Below are positions 28,813-38,312 of a DNA stretch of 64,000 bases, one piece after another. This DNA is from Thermodesulfobacteriota bacterium (GTDB taxonomy: Bacteria; Desulfobacterota_D; UBA1144; Nemesobacterales; Nemesobacteraceae). Numbering within the stretch: the stretch's first letter is position 1; each line of letters opens with the position of its first letter. A program made the position numbers and the translations under genes. The stretch lies in contig OZ242002.1 in NCBI GenBank assembly GCA_965204665.1, forward strand, positions 1,367,150-1,431,149, written 5' to 3'. The notes under the pieces are model-generated. The model worked only from the letters and a program-made list of their open reading frames with translations. It was not told where the DNA came from and searched no databases.

Positions 28813-29291
28813 CGGTCGGTTTCTCCCGTCTTCGTTCCGATCACCTGAAAGACTCTTTCCTCAAACTGCCCGCTCCTCTCGTTCAGATACCACAGTCTTG
28901 AACCGGCGAGGTCGCCCTGGATTACAGAAAAAATTATATACGCCCATCCGACGGACGCCATTTTTCTGTCGGTTTCCGACGGAATCGGAAGGTGGTCGGG
29001 ATGCGAGTGGTATATACCCACGATCTCGAGTCCTCTGTCGCCTGCCCATAAGTCCGCCTCTACGTAGGAACGCGGGTCAAGTTCGAAACGGTCTCTCCGC
29101 CTTTCGCTGTCGATGCCGGAATTTCTCTTGAACGCCGTATCCGCGCCGTCATCCGCCACCAGGTTTTCGCACTTGCGGAAATGGGTCACGATATTTTTTC
29201 CCCCGATCATAACTCCGCATACCTCGTAGGGATAACCTGATTCGGCATCCCGAGTCATGCCTTCGTACGCTGCCCTGTCTATTTTCACCAC
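28809..29291 (-). CDS. JAMM/MPN+ metalloprotease (Mec-like)
   Basis: EVCGVMIG and the JAMM motif GIYHSHPDHLPIPSETD. Confidence 0.8.
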   Translation of the reverse strand: MVKIDRAAYEGMTRDAESGYPYEVCGVMIGGKNIVTHFRKCENLVADDGADTAFKRNSGIDSERRRDRFELDPRSYVEADLWAGDRGLEIVGIYHSHPDHLPIPSETDRKMASVGWAYIIFSVIQGDLAGSRLWYLNERSGQFEERVFQVIGTKTGETDR

Positions 29292-30229
29292 CAGAGATTT
29301 TCGCTCAGGTATCTTTTCCCGGAGTCGGGAAGAATCGTTACCAGAACCCCCTCCTCGAGTTTCCTTGCGTGCTCGACGGTCACGCAGACGGCGGCTCCGC
29401 CTGAGTGGCCGACGAATATTCCCTCTTTTTCCATCAGACGCTCCATCATTTCATATGCCTTTTCAGTGGAGATGAAAACCACTTCGTCCGCCTGCGTCTC
29501 GTCGTATATGCCGGGAACTATGGAAGAGGGCATATGCTTCATTCCCTCAAGCCCGTGCAGACTTTCCTGCGGCTGGATAGCGACTGTCTTTATGGAGGGA
29601 TTATACTCCTTCAGTCTCCTGCCGGTCCCCATAAACGTGCCTGATGTTCCCACGCCCGCAAAGAAATGAGTCACCGCGCCGCCGGTCTGCTCCCATATCT
29701 CCGGAGCCGTGGTGTGATAATGGGAAAGCAGGTTTTCCGGGTTGTTGTACTGGTCCGGCATGAAATATCTGTCGGGATTTTCCGTCTTGAGTTTCCGAGC
29801 CATCCTTATCGCTCCGTCCGAGCCTTCAAGCGGGTTTGAAAATAGTATCTTGGCTCCGTATGCCTCTATGGCTTTTTTCCTCTCGGTGTTTATGTTTTCA
29901 GGCGTCACGATTTCGACTCCGTAACCCAGAGCCGCGCCCAGCATCGAGTATGCGATTGCGGTGTTTCCGGAGGATGAATCCATTATGATCTTGTTTTTTG
30001 TAAGTTCGCCCGAGCGTATGGCCTCGAGAATCATCCGTTGCGCGGGACGGTCCTTTATTGATCCTCCGGGGTTGAACCATTCGGCTTTCGCGTAGACCCT
30101 GACTCGCGAAGGAAACTCCTTCGAGATCTCGGAGAGTTCAAGCAGCGGGGTGTTTCCTATAAGGTCAACCACCGATTCGACCCTGTGTTTCCGAGTTATG
30201 GACTCTACCGTTTCATCGGTTCCGTACAT
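29285..30229 (-). CDS. cysM: PLP-dependent cysteine synthase (CysM-like sulfhydrylase)
   Basis: IGNTPLL, NPGGSIKDRPA (PLP lysine), SSGNTAIAYS, GVGTSGTFMG. Confidence 0.85.
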   Translation of the reverse strand: MYGTDETVESITRKHRVESVVDLIGNTPLLELSEISKEFPSRVRVYAKAEWFNPGGSIKDRPAQRMILEAIRSGELTKNKIIMDSSSGNTAIAYSMLGAALGYGVEIVTPENINTERKKAIEAYGAKILFSNPLEGSDGAIRMARKLKTENPDRYFMPDQYNNPENLLSHYHTTAPEIWEQTGGAVTHFFAGVGTSGTFMGTGRRLKEYNPSIKTVAIQPQESLHGLEGMKHMPSSIVPGIYDETQADEVVFISTEKAYEMMERLMEKEGIFVGHSGGAAVCVTVEHARKLEEGVLVTILPDSGKRYLSENLWW

Positions 30230-30468
30230 CAGCAGCGCTCAATTATTATCTTGTGCTGACGGCCCTGCTGTCTGGTTATGGAAACGACCCTGTGGCCTTC
30301 CTGGATCACGCTCCTCGGCAGATTGGAAAGAGGCTCCCCTTCGCAGAGCATGACTTCAAGCAGTTCTCCGGGCTTCATCTTCTCAAGTTTGAGTTTTGTT
30401 TTTACGAAAGTCATCGGACATATGTCGCCCGTTATGTCTATACTTTCTCTGTTTTCAGCACCGCTCAT
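30229..30468 (-). CDS. TusA/SirA-family sulfur-carrier protein
   Basis: 79 aa with the active-site region IDITGDICPMTFVKTKLKLEKMKPGELLEV, typical of TusA-like proteins. 1-nt overlap with the cysM start. Confidence 0.75.
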   Translation of the reverse strand: MSGAENRESIDITGDICPMTFVKTKLKLEKMKPGELLEVMLCEGEPLSNLPRSVIQEGHRVVSITRQQGRQHKIIIERC

Positions 30469-30532
30469 CGCTACGAGTCCTCATTATGACGCACGGCAAT
30501 CCCGCTTAAGAGTAACACAGCCCGCGTTTTAC

Positions 30533-31243
30533 TCAAACCGCATTCATGCTGTTTTTACGGGATTCTATCCATGATATGACGCACTCGAATATCTTCCGTC
30601 CGTCCCGCGAGCCCAGAATGTCTTCGACTCCCCGCTCCGGATGGGGCATCATGCCAAGAATGTTGCCGTTGTCGTTCGCTATTGCCGCAATGTTGTCCTC
30701 CGCTCCGCTGGGATTGGCGCGGACAACGGTCCTTCCGTCCTGATCACAGTACCGCAAAACCACTTTCCTCCGTTTTCCGTCTTCTTGCGGCGGGAGCAGG
30801 AAATTGCCCTGAGCATTGGCCACGGGGAGTTTCAAGATTTCCTTTTTTTTCAGCAGATGAGTAAACGGAGTATCCGTATCCTCGACCCTGAGGTTTGTCC
30901 ATCTGCATACGAACCTGAGCGAAGAGTTATGGGTGAATGCTCCGGGAAGAAGACCTGATTCAACCAGTATCTGAAAACCGTTGCATATTCCTATTACCGG
31001 AGTTCCGCCCGCAATCATTTTCCGAAGGGGAGTCATCACCGGAGAGAACCGCGCTATCGCCCCGGCGCGGAGATAGTCTCCATAGGAAAATCCACCCGGC
31101 ACGACGACGCAATCCGCTCCGTCAAGCGATTCTTCCTCATGCCAGACCATTTCACACGGCTGGCCCAGAACCGTCTTTATCGCGTGAAGGCAGTCCCGGT
31201 TGCAGTTGGAACCCGGAAAGATGAGGATTCCGAAACTGGGCAT
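30533..31243 (-). CDS. purQ: Phosphoribosylformylglycinamidine synthase, glutamine amidotransferase subunit
   Basis: ILIFPGSNCNRD, GGFSYGDYLRAGAIA, GICNGFQIL, MMPHPER. Confidence 0.9.
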   Translation of the reverse strand: MPSFGILIFPGSNCNRDCLHAIKTVLGQPCEMVWHEEESLDGADCVVVPGGFSYGDYLRAGAIARFSPVMTPLRKMIAGGTPVIGICNGFQILVESGLLPGAFTHNSSLRFVCRWTNLRVEDTDTPFTHLLKKKEILKLPVANAQGNFLLPPQEDGKRRKVVLRYCDQDGRTVVRANPSGAEDNIAAIANDNGNILGMMPHPERGVEDILGSRDGRKIFECVISWIESRKNSMNAV

Positions 31244-31244
31244 C

Positions 31245-31499
31245 TTATATCTCCCTTATCTCTATTGATGAATCTTCAATGACCGGATTACAGAGAAATC
31301 TGCTGCACATCCGGCGGGCCTGTTCTCGTATGTCTTCTTCGGACGCTCCTTCCATGAACAACTCGATTATCTTTCCCACTCTTGCGCCGGAGACGCTCTC
31401 GAACCCGAGGCCGCAGAGGGCGTTGCGCACAGCCTTGCCCTGGGGATCAAGCACGACGGGTCTGAGCATAATTTCTATTTTTACCGAAAACCGCTTCAT
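31245..31499 (-). CDS. purS: Phosphoribosylformylglycinamidine synthase subunit PurS
   Basis: VKIEIMLRPVVLDPQGKAVRNALCGLGF. Start taken at MKRF (the ORF extends to 31517). Confidence 0.85.
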   Translation of the reverse strand: MKRFSVKIEIMLRPVVLDPQGKAVRNALCGLGFESVSGARVGKIIELFMEGASEEDIREQARRMCSRFLCNPVIEDSSIEIREI

Positions 31500-31538
31500 T
31501 GATTCATCTTGCGGCAAATACGCCGGTGCGGGGGGATA

Positions 31539-32402
31539 TTACCCGTGTGAAAGAAGTATGCCAACAATCCTGTCGAGTTCCTCGGGGGAATAGTACTGTA
31601 TCTCTATTCTCCCCTTTTTTTCTCCCCCGTTTATGATCACCTTGGTCGAGAATTTCCCGGAAAGCCTCTGGACAAGGTCTTCGGTGAAAATGTCCCGTTC
31701 CCGTTGCGCATCCGCGGGGCGTGGCGACACGGATTCTTTTTCCAGTTTTTTTACAAGCGCTTCGGTTTTCCTTACGGTGAGGTCTTTTCTCAGCACCTCG
31801 GCCAGCAGGGAATCCATCGCCTCGCGGGAGCGCGCAGCAAGAAGGGCCCTTGCGTGTCCGGGGGTTATTTCGCCCGAATCAAGCGCCTGTTTTGATTTTT
31901 CCGACAGATTAAGAAGTCTCAGCCGGTTTGTGACGGTCGATCGGTTCTTACCTGTTTTTTTCGATATTTCTTCATGGGTGAGATTAAAATCCCGTATCAG
32001 TTTTTCGTAAGCCCGAGCCTCTTCAACAGGGGTCAGATTCTCTCTCTGAATGTTTTCCACAAGCGTGATTTCCGCCGCCGCGAGATCAGAAACGGTTCTC
32101 ACAACCACGGGAACTTTCTTGAGACCCGCCATTCTGGCGGCTCTCCATCTGCGTTCTCCGGCCACTATTTCATAACGCCCGTTTTCGTGTCTCACGACGA
32201 TAGGTTGTATCATCCCGTTTTCTCTTATGGAATCGGCCAGTTCCGATAGGGATTTCTCCGAAAAACGCTTTCTCGGTTGCGACGCGCTGGGTTGCAGCAG
32301 TTCCGTACTCAGGGAACTGCGCTCCGCGTCCGCGCTTTCAGTGTCTTTGGGTATGAGCGAGTCGAGCCCCCTTCCCAAGCTTTTTCTTTTCACGTCAGAC
32401 AC
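31539..32402 (-). CDS. parB: Chromosome partitioning protein ParB
   Basis: GLDSLIP, IQPIVVR....YEIVAGERRWRAA, LVENIQRENLTPVEEA, and an HTH segment. Confidence 0.92.
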   Translation of the reverse strand: MSDVKRKSLGRGLDSLIPKDTESADAERSSLSTELLQPSASQPRKRFSEKSLSELADSIRENGMIQPIVVRHENGRYEIVAGERRWRAARMAGLKKVPVVVRTVSDLAAAEITLVENIQRENLTPVEEARAYEKLIRDFNLTHEEISKKTGKNRSTVTNRLRLLNLSEKSKQALDSGEITPGHARALLAARSREAMDSLLAEVLRKDLTVRKTEALVKKLEKESVSPRPADAQRERDIFTEDLVQRLSGKFSTKVIINGGEKKGRIEIQYYSPEELDRIVGILLSHG

Positions 32403-33180
32403 CCTCCGCTCTGCAGATTATTTCGTTCGCCAGTTTCAGGTAGTTTTGAGCTCCTGTAGATTTGATTTCATAGAGCAGAAGCGGTTTACCGTAACTCGGG
32501 GATTCGGCAAGCTTCACGTTTCTGTTTATAACGGTTTCGAAAGTCCGGTTGCCGAAGTGGCTTTTCACTTCATCGACTACCGAGCGGCATATGTTGTTTC
32601 TGGAGTCGAACATTGTGAGAAGATAGCCCTCCACCTCAAGTGACGGGTTGAGTCTCTGCCTTACAAGCGTGATAGTCTTCTGCAAAGCTCCTATACCTTC
32701 AAGGGCGTAGTATTCGCACTGCACGGGAACCAGTACCCTGTCGGCTGCGGCAAGCGCGTTTATCGTGAGCAGACTGAGCGATGGAGGACAGTCTATGAAT
32801 ATATAGTCATACAAGTCTCTTACCGAGTCAACCACTTTTTTCAGCAGATACTCCCTGTTCTCCGAGTCTATGAGGAGTATTTCGATTCCCATGAGCTCCT
32901 GATTCGCCGGGCAGACGTGCAGATAGCCGTTCAACGTGTCGGGGTGGCAGTCAATCGTTACGTCCGAGATCCGCATATCTCCCAATATGACGTTGCAGAC
33001 GTTTTTCGAGTTGACCGACTCTTTGTCGACCCCGAGCCCGCTTGATGCGTTTCCCTGCGGATCGATATCTATCAGAAGAGTGCGACGGTGGGCGACCGCA
33101 AGGGAAGCCGAAAGATTAACCGCGGTAGTGGTTTTTCCGACTCCTCCCTTCTGATTTACCACGCATATTACTTTTGACAT
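32395..33180 (-). CDS. parA: Chromosome partitioning ATPase ParA/Soj
   Basis: Deviant Walker A NQKGGVGKTTTAVNL, followed by LIDIDPQGNAS and FIDCPPSL. Confidence 0.92.
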   Translation of the reverse strand: MSKVICVVNQKGGVGKTTTAVNLSASLAVAHRRTLLIDIDPQGNASSGLGVDKESVNSKNVCNVILGDMRISDVTIDCHPDTLNGYLHVCPANQELMGIEILLIDSENREYLLKKVVDSVRDLYDYIFIDCPPSLSLLTINALAAADRVLVPVQCEYYALEGIGALQKTITLVRQRLNPSLEVEGYLLTMFDSRNNICRSVVDEVKSHFGNRTFETVINRNVKLAESPSYGKPLLLYEIKSTGAQNYLKLANEIICRAEGV

Positions 33181-33265
33181 TTGTAAGTAAAATAATGATA
33201 AACTTGCCGGGGATACGAGTCAAATTGATTTATCGCGGATACGCGCCGCCGGAGGAGCAGTAGCC

Positions 33266-33739
33266 CTGATCAACAGAACATGTCTTATCCTATCAACTTT
33301 CTTCGGTCTCGGGTTTATCCCGGGGGCTCCGGGAACCTTGGGAACCCTGGGCGCGGTCGGGGTGGTGTGGATTCTGCATAATGCGGCTGCGGATACGGCG
33401 GTTCTCTATCCTGTAATCACGCTCGGCGTGGTTTTTCTCTCTTTTCCGATTGCGGGCAGAGCGTCTGCGGTTCTCGACAGGCCTGACCCGCCCCAAGTGG
33501 TTATTGACGAACTGTGCGGATATATGGTGACTATGCTTTTTATAGACCCTACCCCTTCTCTTCTTGCGCTCGGTTTTTTCCTTTTCAGATTTTTCGATAT
33601 AGCGAAACCTTTTCCCGTAAGAAAACTTGAGGCGCTTCCGAAGGGTTACGGTATTGTGATGGACGATGTCGCGGCGGGAGCGTATTCGAATATCTGCCTT
33701 CATGCGTTTATTCTTCTTTCAGCGGTTTTTTCCGGTTAG
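33266..33739 (+). CDS. pgpA: Phosphatidylglycerophosphatase A (start codon non-canonical or uncertain)
   Basis: STFFGLGFIPGAPGTLGTLG, VVIDELCGY, FRFFDIAKPFP, DDVAAGAYSN. The conserved N-terminus lies upstream of the only canonical in-frame start (TTG 33338). CTG 33266 sits 8 nt after GGAGGAG. Confidence 0.75.
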   Translation: MINRTCLILSTFFGLGFIPGAPGTLGTLGAVGVVWILHNAAADTAVLYPVITLGVVFLSFPIAGRASAVLDRPDPPQVVIDELCGYMVTMLFIDPTPSLLALGFFLFRFFDIAKPFPVRKLEALPKGYGIVMDDVAAGAYSNICLHAFILLSAVFSG

Positions 33740-33753
33740 GATTCTGCACGGCT

Positions 33754-35004
33754 ATGTGCGTTGAGATAATAACTACCGGAAATGAGTTGATGAACGGACT
33801 CACCCGGGATACCAACTTCAGTTGGTCTGCGGCGCAGCTCGCCTCGTTCGGCGTGGCTGTAAAGCACCACTGTTCTGTGAACGACGACGCGGAAGATCTT
33901 GTTCATTGCTTTCGCGTAGCAGCGGACAGATCAAGGTTCGTTGTGGTTTCAGGCGGTCTCGGTCCGACGGATGACGACCTCTGCGCCTCTGCCGCGTCGG
34001 AATTTCTCGAGTCTCCTCTCGTTTTCAACGAAAGAGCCTATCGGGTTCTCACGGATAAACTCGCCCTGAGAGGAAGAAAGCCCAACAGTCGCCACAGAAA
34101 ACAGGCGATGTTTCCCGAGATGTCGGAGATTGTCAAGAACCCCGCAGGAACCTCGGAAGGGTTCGGTTTTGTTTACAGGAACTCGAAATTCTATTTTCTT
34201 CCGGGTGTTCCTAGGGAATTTCGGGTCATGTTCTCCGAATACGTGCTTCCCGATATAGTATCCGGTTCGGAAAAAACGGGGATACTGTCCGTAAAGACCT
34301 TGAAAACGTTCGGCCTCGGCGAATCCGAGGTTGCGGAAAGACTGAAGGGGTTCTCCCCGAAGGGTGTGAGCGTCGGGTATAGAATACGTTCTCCGGAGGT
34401 TCACATACGACTTGCGGCTTCGGGGGCGCACAGCAGGAGAACAGATGAACTTATACGTGGAGCGCGGAAGCAGGCGGTAAGGAGACTCGGAAGCTTTTTC
34501 TTTGCCGAGGACGACATGACTCTTGAGGACGCGACGGTGTCTTTGCTTCTTGAAAAAGGACTGACAATCTGCTTTGCGGAATCCTGCACAGGGGGGCTGT
34601 GCGCGGACCGTATCACTAACGTTTCGGGAAGTTCCGGATGTTTTTCAGGAGGGGTTGTCACTTATTCAAACGATGCGAAGCGGAAACTGCTAGGTGTTTC
34701 CAGGGAAACTCTTTCGCAGTTCGGCGCGGTGAGCGAGCAGACGGTTTCTGAAATGGCGGTCGGAGCCAGGAATCTCTTCCGAAGCGACATCGCGGTTTCC
34801 GTATCTGGGATAGCGGGTCCGTCCGGCGGTACCCGTGAAAAGCCCGTGGGTACGGTGTGGTTCGGATTCAGTCACGGGTCCGGGACTTCGTGCGAGATGC
34901 GCAGATTTGCGGGCGCAAGGGAGGAGGTGAAGAACTTCGCGGCGTCTGCGGCAATTGATATTGTTAGAAAGTTCGGCGTTGATTATGTAGAATTGAAAAG
35001 TTAA
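33754..35004 (+). CDS. cinA: CinA-family protein (MoCF-binding domain plus nicotinamide-nucleotide amidohydrolase PncC domain)
   Basis: [22 protein letters not shown], and C-terminal AESCTGGL...VTYSN..K..LGV. Confidence 0.9.
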   Translation: MCVEIITTGNELMNGLTRDTNFSWSAAQLASFGVAVKHHCSVNDDAEDLVHCFRVAADRSRFVVVSGGLGPTDDDLCASAASEFLESPLVFNERAYRVLTDKLALRGRKPNSRHRKQAMFPEMSEIVKNPAGTSEGFGFVYRNSKFYFLPGVPREFRVMFSEYVLPDIVSGSEKTGILSVKTLKTFGLGESEVAERLKGFSPKGVSVGYRIRSPEVHIRLAASGAHSRRTDELIRGARKQAVRRLGSFFFAEDDMTLEDATVSLLLEKGLTICFAESCTGGLCADRITNVSGSSGCFSGGVVTYSNDAKRKLLGVSRETLSQFGAVSEQTVSEMAVGARNLFRSDIAVSVSGIAGPSGGTREKPVGTVWFGFSHGSGTSCEMRRFAGAREEVKNFAASAAIDIVRKFGVDYVELKS

Positions 35005-35020
35005 GGGAGATGATGCAAGG

Positions 35021-36052
35021 ATGGCCAGAGCGGAAGACAAGGATAAAAGCATAGATGTGGCGATTGCGACCATAGAACAACAGTTCGGCAAAGGTTCCAT
35101 AATGAGGCTGGGCAAGGACGCTTCTCCCTCGGCGATTCCGGTTATCACCTCCGGTTCCCTCGGGCTTGATATAGCGCTTGGAGTGGGCGGCTTTCCCAGG
35201 GGGAGGATCATCGAAGTTTTCGGTCCCGAATCTTCGGGCAAAACCACTATAGCTCTTCACGCGATTGCCGAGGCGCAGAAGGCGGGCGGCATCACGGCGT
35301 TTGTCGATGCCGAGCATGCGCTTTCCACAACCTACGCGGCGAATATAGGAATCAAGGTTGACGATCTTCTGATTTCTCAGCCCGATTTCGGAGAGCAGGC
35401 GCTCGAGATAGTCGATACGCTCATAAAGAGCGGAGCCGTGGATTTGATAGTGCTTGATTCCGTTGCGGCCCTTACGCCCCGCGCGGAACTTGAAGGAGAG
35501 ATGGGAGATAAGCATGTAGGTCTTCAGGCGAGGTTGATGTCACAGGCTCTGCGGAAGATAACGGCGAACGTCAATCGCTCCAAAACCATAGTGATTTTTG
35601 TCAACCAGCTCCGTATGAAGATCGGAGTGCCGGCATATGTGAACCCCGAGACCACCACCGGGGGTAACGCTCTGCGTTTTTATTCCTCAGTCAGAATCGA
35701 TATAAGGCGCATAAGTTCTCTTAAGGACGGCGACCGCATCCTGGGTAACAGGGTGAGGGCGAAACTTGTGAAGAATAAGGTGGCGCCTCCTTTCCGCGAA
35801 GCGGAATTTGATGTTGTTTTCGGTAGAGGAATATCGAGTCTCGGAGAACTTGCGGACCTGGGAACCAAGTACGGCGTGATAACTAAAAGCGGATCCTGGT
35901 ACTCGTACGGCGGGGACAGAATAGGGCAGGGCAGGGACAACTCCAAGAACTTTCTTCGCGACAATCCGGATGTCCGGAAAAAAATAAGAGAAGAGATAAT
36001 GGACGCAAGCGGGATTTTCGCTTCGGAAGAAACTCCGCAGGAACCCAACTGA
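35021..36052 (+). CDS. recA: Recombinase RecA
   Basis: [58 protein letters not shown]. Confidence 0.97.
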   Translation: MARAEDKDKSIDVAIATIEQQFGKGSIMRLGKDASPSAIPVITSGSLGLDIALGVGGFPRGRIIEVFGPESSGKTTIALHAIAEAQKAGGITAFVDAEHALSTTYAANIGIKVDDLLISQPDFGEQALEIVDTLIKSGAVDLIVLDSVAALTPRAELEGEMGDKHVGLQARLMSQALRKITANVNRSKTIVIFVNQLRMKIGVPAYVNPETTTGGNALRFYSSVRIDIRRISSLKDGDRILGNRVRAKLVKNKVAPPFREAEFDVVFGRGISSLGELADLGTKYGVITKSGSWYSYGGDRIGQGRDNSKNFLRDNPDVRKKIREEIMDASGIFASEETPQEPN

Positions 36053-36109
36053 AACTCGGGAGAACTGGGGCGGGAAGGAGTTTCCGCTTCTGCGGACTGA
36101 CGGCTGATC

Positions 36110-36778
36110 ATGAACATTCTTGGAATTGAGACATCTACTTTTTCCGGGAGTGTGTCCGTATCCAGAGACGAGACCGTCCTCTGCGAGTATGTCTTCAATA
36201 CCGGTCCGAGACACAACGAGATGCTGGTTCCGACACTTGCCCGCATTATTTCAGAGTGCGGAATAAAAAAAAATGAGCTGGATGCTGTGTGCGTATCCAC
36301 CGGTCCGGGGTCGTTCACATCGCTTCGCATAGGAGTTTCCACCGCAAAAACTCTTTGTTATTCGCTGGGAACGGACCTTGCCGGGGTCTGCTCTCTTGAA
36401 GTGCTCGCTTCCTGCGCCATGTGGTCCGGCGGCGACTTATGTCTGATGATTGATGCGGGCAGAGAGGAAGTTTACTTCTCTTTTTACGACTCTGCAGTCG
36501 GCGAAATGAGCGGAGCTCGAATAACTTCCGTGAGGTCCGCGTGTGCGGAGTCGAAAGAAAAAACCGTTTTTGTCGGAAGCGGCGCGTTAATCCACAAAGA
36601 AATTATAAAGGAAGAGGTAGGGGAGAATGCTGTATTTCTTCCGTCTAATCTCAATATACCCAAGGCATCGAGTTGCGCCGAGTTGGGAAGAAAGAAGATT
36701 CTTCAAGGGAAAAAAGATGACCCTCTCACTCTTGCTCCGTTTTATCTGCGTCGTTCCGGGGCTGAACGCAATGCGTAA
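36110..36778 (+). CDS. tsaB: tRNA threonylcarbamoyladenosine biosynthesis protein TsaB
   Basis: MNILGIETST, GPGSFTSLRIGVSTAKTL. Confidence 0.85.
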   Translation: MNILGIETSTFSGSVSVSRDETVLCEYVFNTGPRHNEMLVPTLARIISECGIKKNELDAVCVSTGPGSFTSLRIGVSTAKTLCYSLGTDLAGVCSLEVLASCAMWSGGDLCLMIDAGREEVYFSFYDSAVGEMSGARITSVRSACAESKEKTVFVGSGALIHKEIIKEEVGENAVFLPSNLNIPKASSCAELGRKKILQGKKDDPLTLAPFYLRRSGAERNA

Positions 36779-37142
36779 CCGCCGGTCTGCCCCGAAAGGT
36801 TTTTTGTTGGTGAAACAGTGTGTGGGCTTGAGCAGATTCAGTTCTGCTGAAGACAGCATTTCGCGACAGGAAGATCTGAAGACATTCAGTCAGGAGAAAC
36901 ACCATTGCGGTTTTGGAGTTCACGCTCGAGCCCCTGCAGAAAGCAGCAACGATGATGACTGTTGCGCTTTAGTCGGTCTCGTGAAACACCTTGAATCTAC
37001 CTTCTGCTCATGTAATGTGGTTCGCATCTCGAAAGATTCTATATTTTCCAGTTGTCTGATTGCTGACAGATCATCGAGTCTTCTCGGCGTGAAATTTAAG
37101 ATCATGATGCGACGGATATGGTTGAGGTTGAGATAAACTAGT

Positions 37143-38312
37143 ATGATTGACCGGATAAGAGCGTGCGGAATCGGACCAATCAAGGAAGCGGACATAAGAT
37201 TCGGTGATCTGACCGTGTTTGTTGGACCACAAGCCACCGGAAAGAGCATTTTCCTGCAGTTTCTGAAACTTCTCGAAGACAAATACGCGATACACGAGAC
37301 TATGCGCAGATCCGGTCTGGTGATCAGAAATCGAGATGACCCATCCCGAGGCTTTTTCGACCTGTACTTCGGGGAGGGCATGTCCTCGATCTGGTCGGAA
37401 GGAAAAAGTCATCTGTTCTTGGGCAAGTCAAAGAAAAAAACCAAAATATCGACCTACACCCGCGTCCGTACGCCTAAAGTTCCTTCCCCGGAAAAAATGT
37501 TCTATATTCCCGCTCAACGCGTCATGAGTTTACGCGACGGCGTGCCGTATCCGTTCTCCGACTTCAAAGCGGGCGACCCGTTTGTGCTCCGGGACTTCAG
37601 CGATAAGCTCCACTACATAGTACAAAACGAAATTGGTTTTAATGAGAAAGTTTTTCCGCGGTCCCAACGGCTGGACAAAGTTTTACGGAAACCGATTGAA
37701 GAGCATGTATTCGGCGGTTTTCGCCTTCGTACTGAAATATCCGGACACCAGAGCCGTTTGGTGCTGCGCGCGGAAGCCGACACTCATCATGCTGCTCTAC
37801 CATACTTGGTCTGGTCATCCGGTCAGCGGGAATTTGTACCGCTGCTGCTCGGACTCTACTGGCTTATGCCTTCATCAAAAGTGCCTAGGCGCGGCGAACT
37901 CGAATGGGTAGTGATAGAGGAGCCCGAGATGGGACTGCATCCAAACGGCATCGGCGCCGTGATAAACCTTGTTCTGGAGTTACGACTGAGAGGCTACAGG
38001 ATTTGTCTCTCCACGCATTCATCCCACATTCTTGATATAATTTGGGCGATTCAATTCCTGCAGAAAGAGGGTGGAAATTCCGGAGATGTCGTGAAACTTC
38101 TTAACCTTCCCTCCACGCAGAAGACAAGAAGACTTGCAGGTTGTTCACTCAAAAGCGACTTCAGGACTTACTATTTCGGACGCGACGGCAAGGTTGGTGA
38201 TATATCGGGCCTCGACTCCGGCTCGGAGAATATTACCGAAGGAGGATGGGGTGGTCTGACGGAATTTTCCGGAAAAGTGGGGGATGTTGTGGCCGAAGTC
38301 GCTGAGCGATGA
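37143..38312 (+). CDS. ABC-type (AAA_15/AAA_21-like) ATPase of unknown system
   Basis: Walker A GPQATGKS, signature-like WSSGQRE, Walker B/D-loop WVVIEEPEMGLHP, H-loop LSTHSSH. 389 aa. Confidence 0.7.
   Translation: MIDRIRACGIGPIKEADIRFGDLTVFVGPQATGKSIFLQFLKLLEDKYAIHETMRRSGLVIRNRDDPSRGFFDLYFGEGMSSIWSEGKSHLFLGKSKKKTKISTYTRVRTPKVPSPEKMFYIPAQRVMSLRDGVPYPFSDFKAGDPFVLRDFSDKLHYIVQNEIGFNEKVFPRSQRLDKVLRKPIEEHVFGGFRLRTEISGHQSRLVLRAEADTHHAALPYLVWSSGQREFVPLLLGLYWLMPSSKVPRRGELEWVVIEEPEMGLHPNGIGAVINLVLELRLRGYRICLSTHSSHILDIIWAIQFLQKEGGNSGDVVKLLNLPSTQKTRRLAGCSLKSDFRTYYFGRDGKVGDISGLDSGSENITEGGWGGLTEFSGKVGDVVAEVAER

Noticed and set aside
33293-33703. 136-aa Arg/Lys-rich ORF on the minus strand.
   Set aside because: It is entirely antisense to pgpA, which has clear family motifs. 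Its composition is what is expected from reverse-frame translation.
36779-37142. ORFs spanning the tsaB-ATPase intergenic region (36627-37136 plus strand, 36920-37381 minus strand), including a faint LRR-like stretch (LDDLSAIRQLENIESFEM).
   Set aside because: No start/RBS context or family signal, and they overlap real genes at both ends. Treated as the non-coding flank of the cassette.
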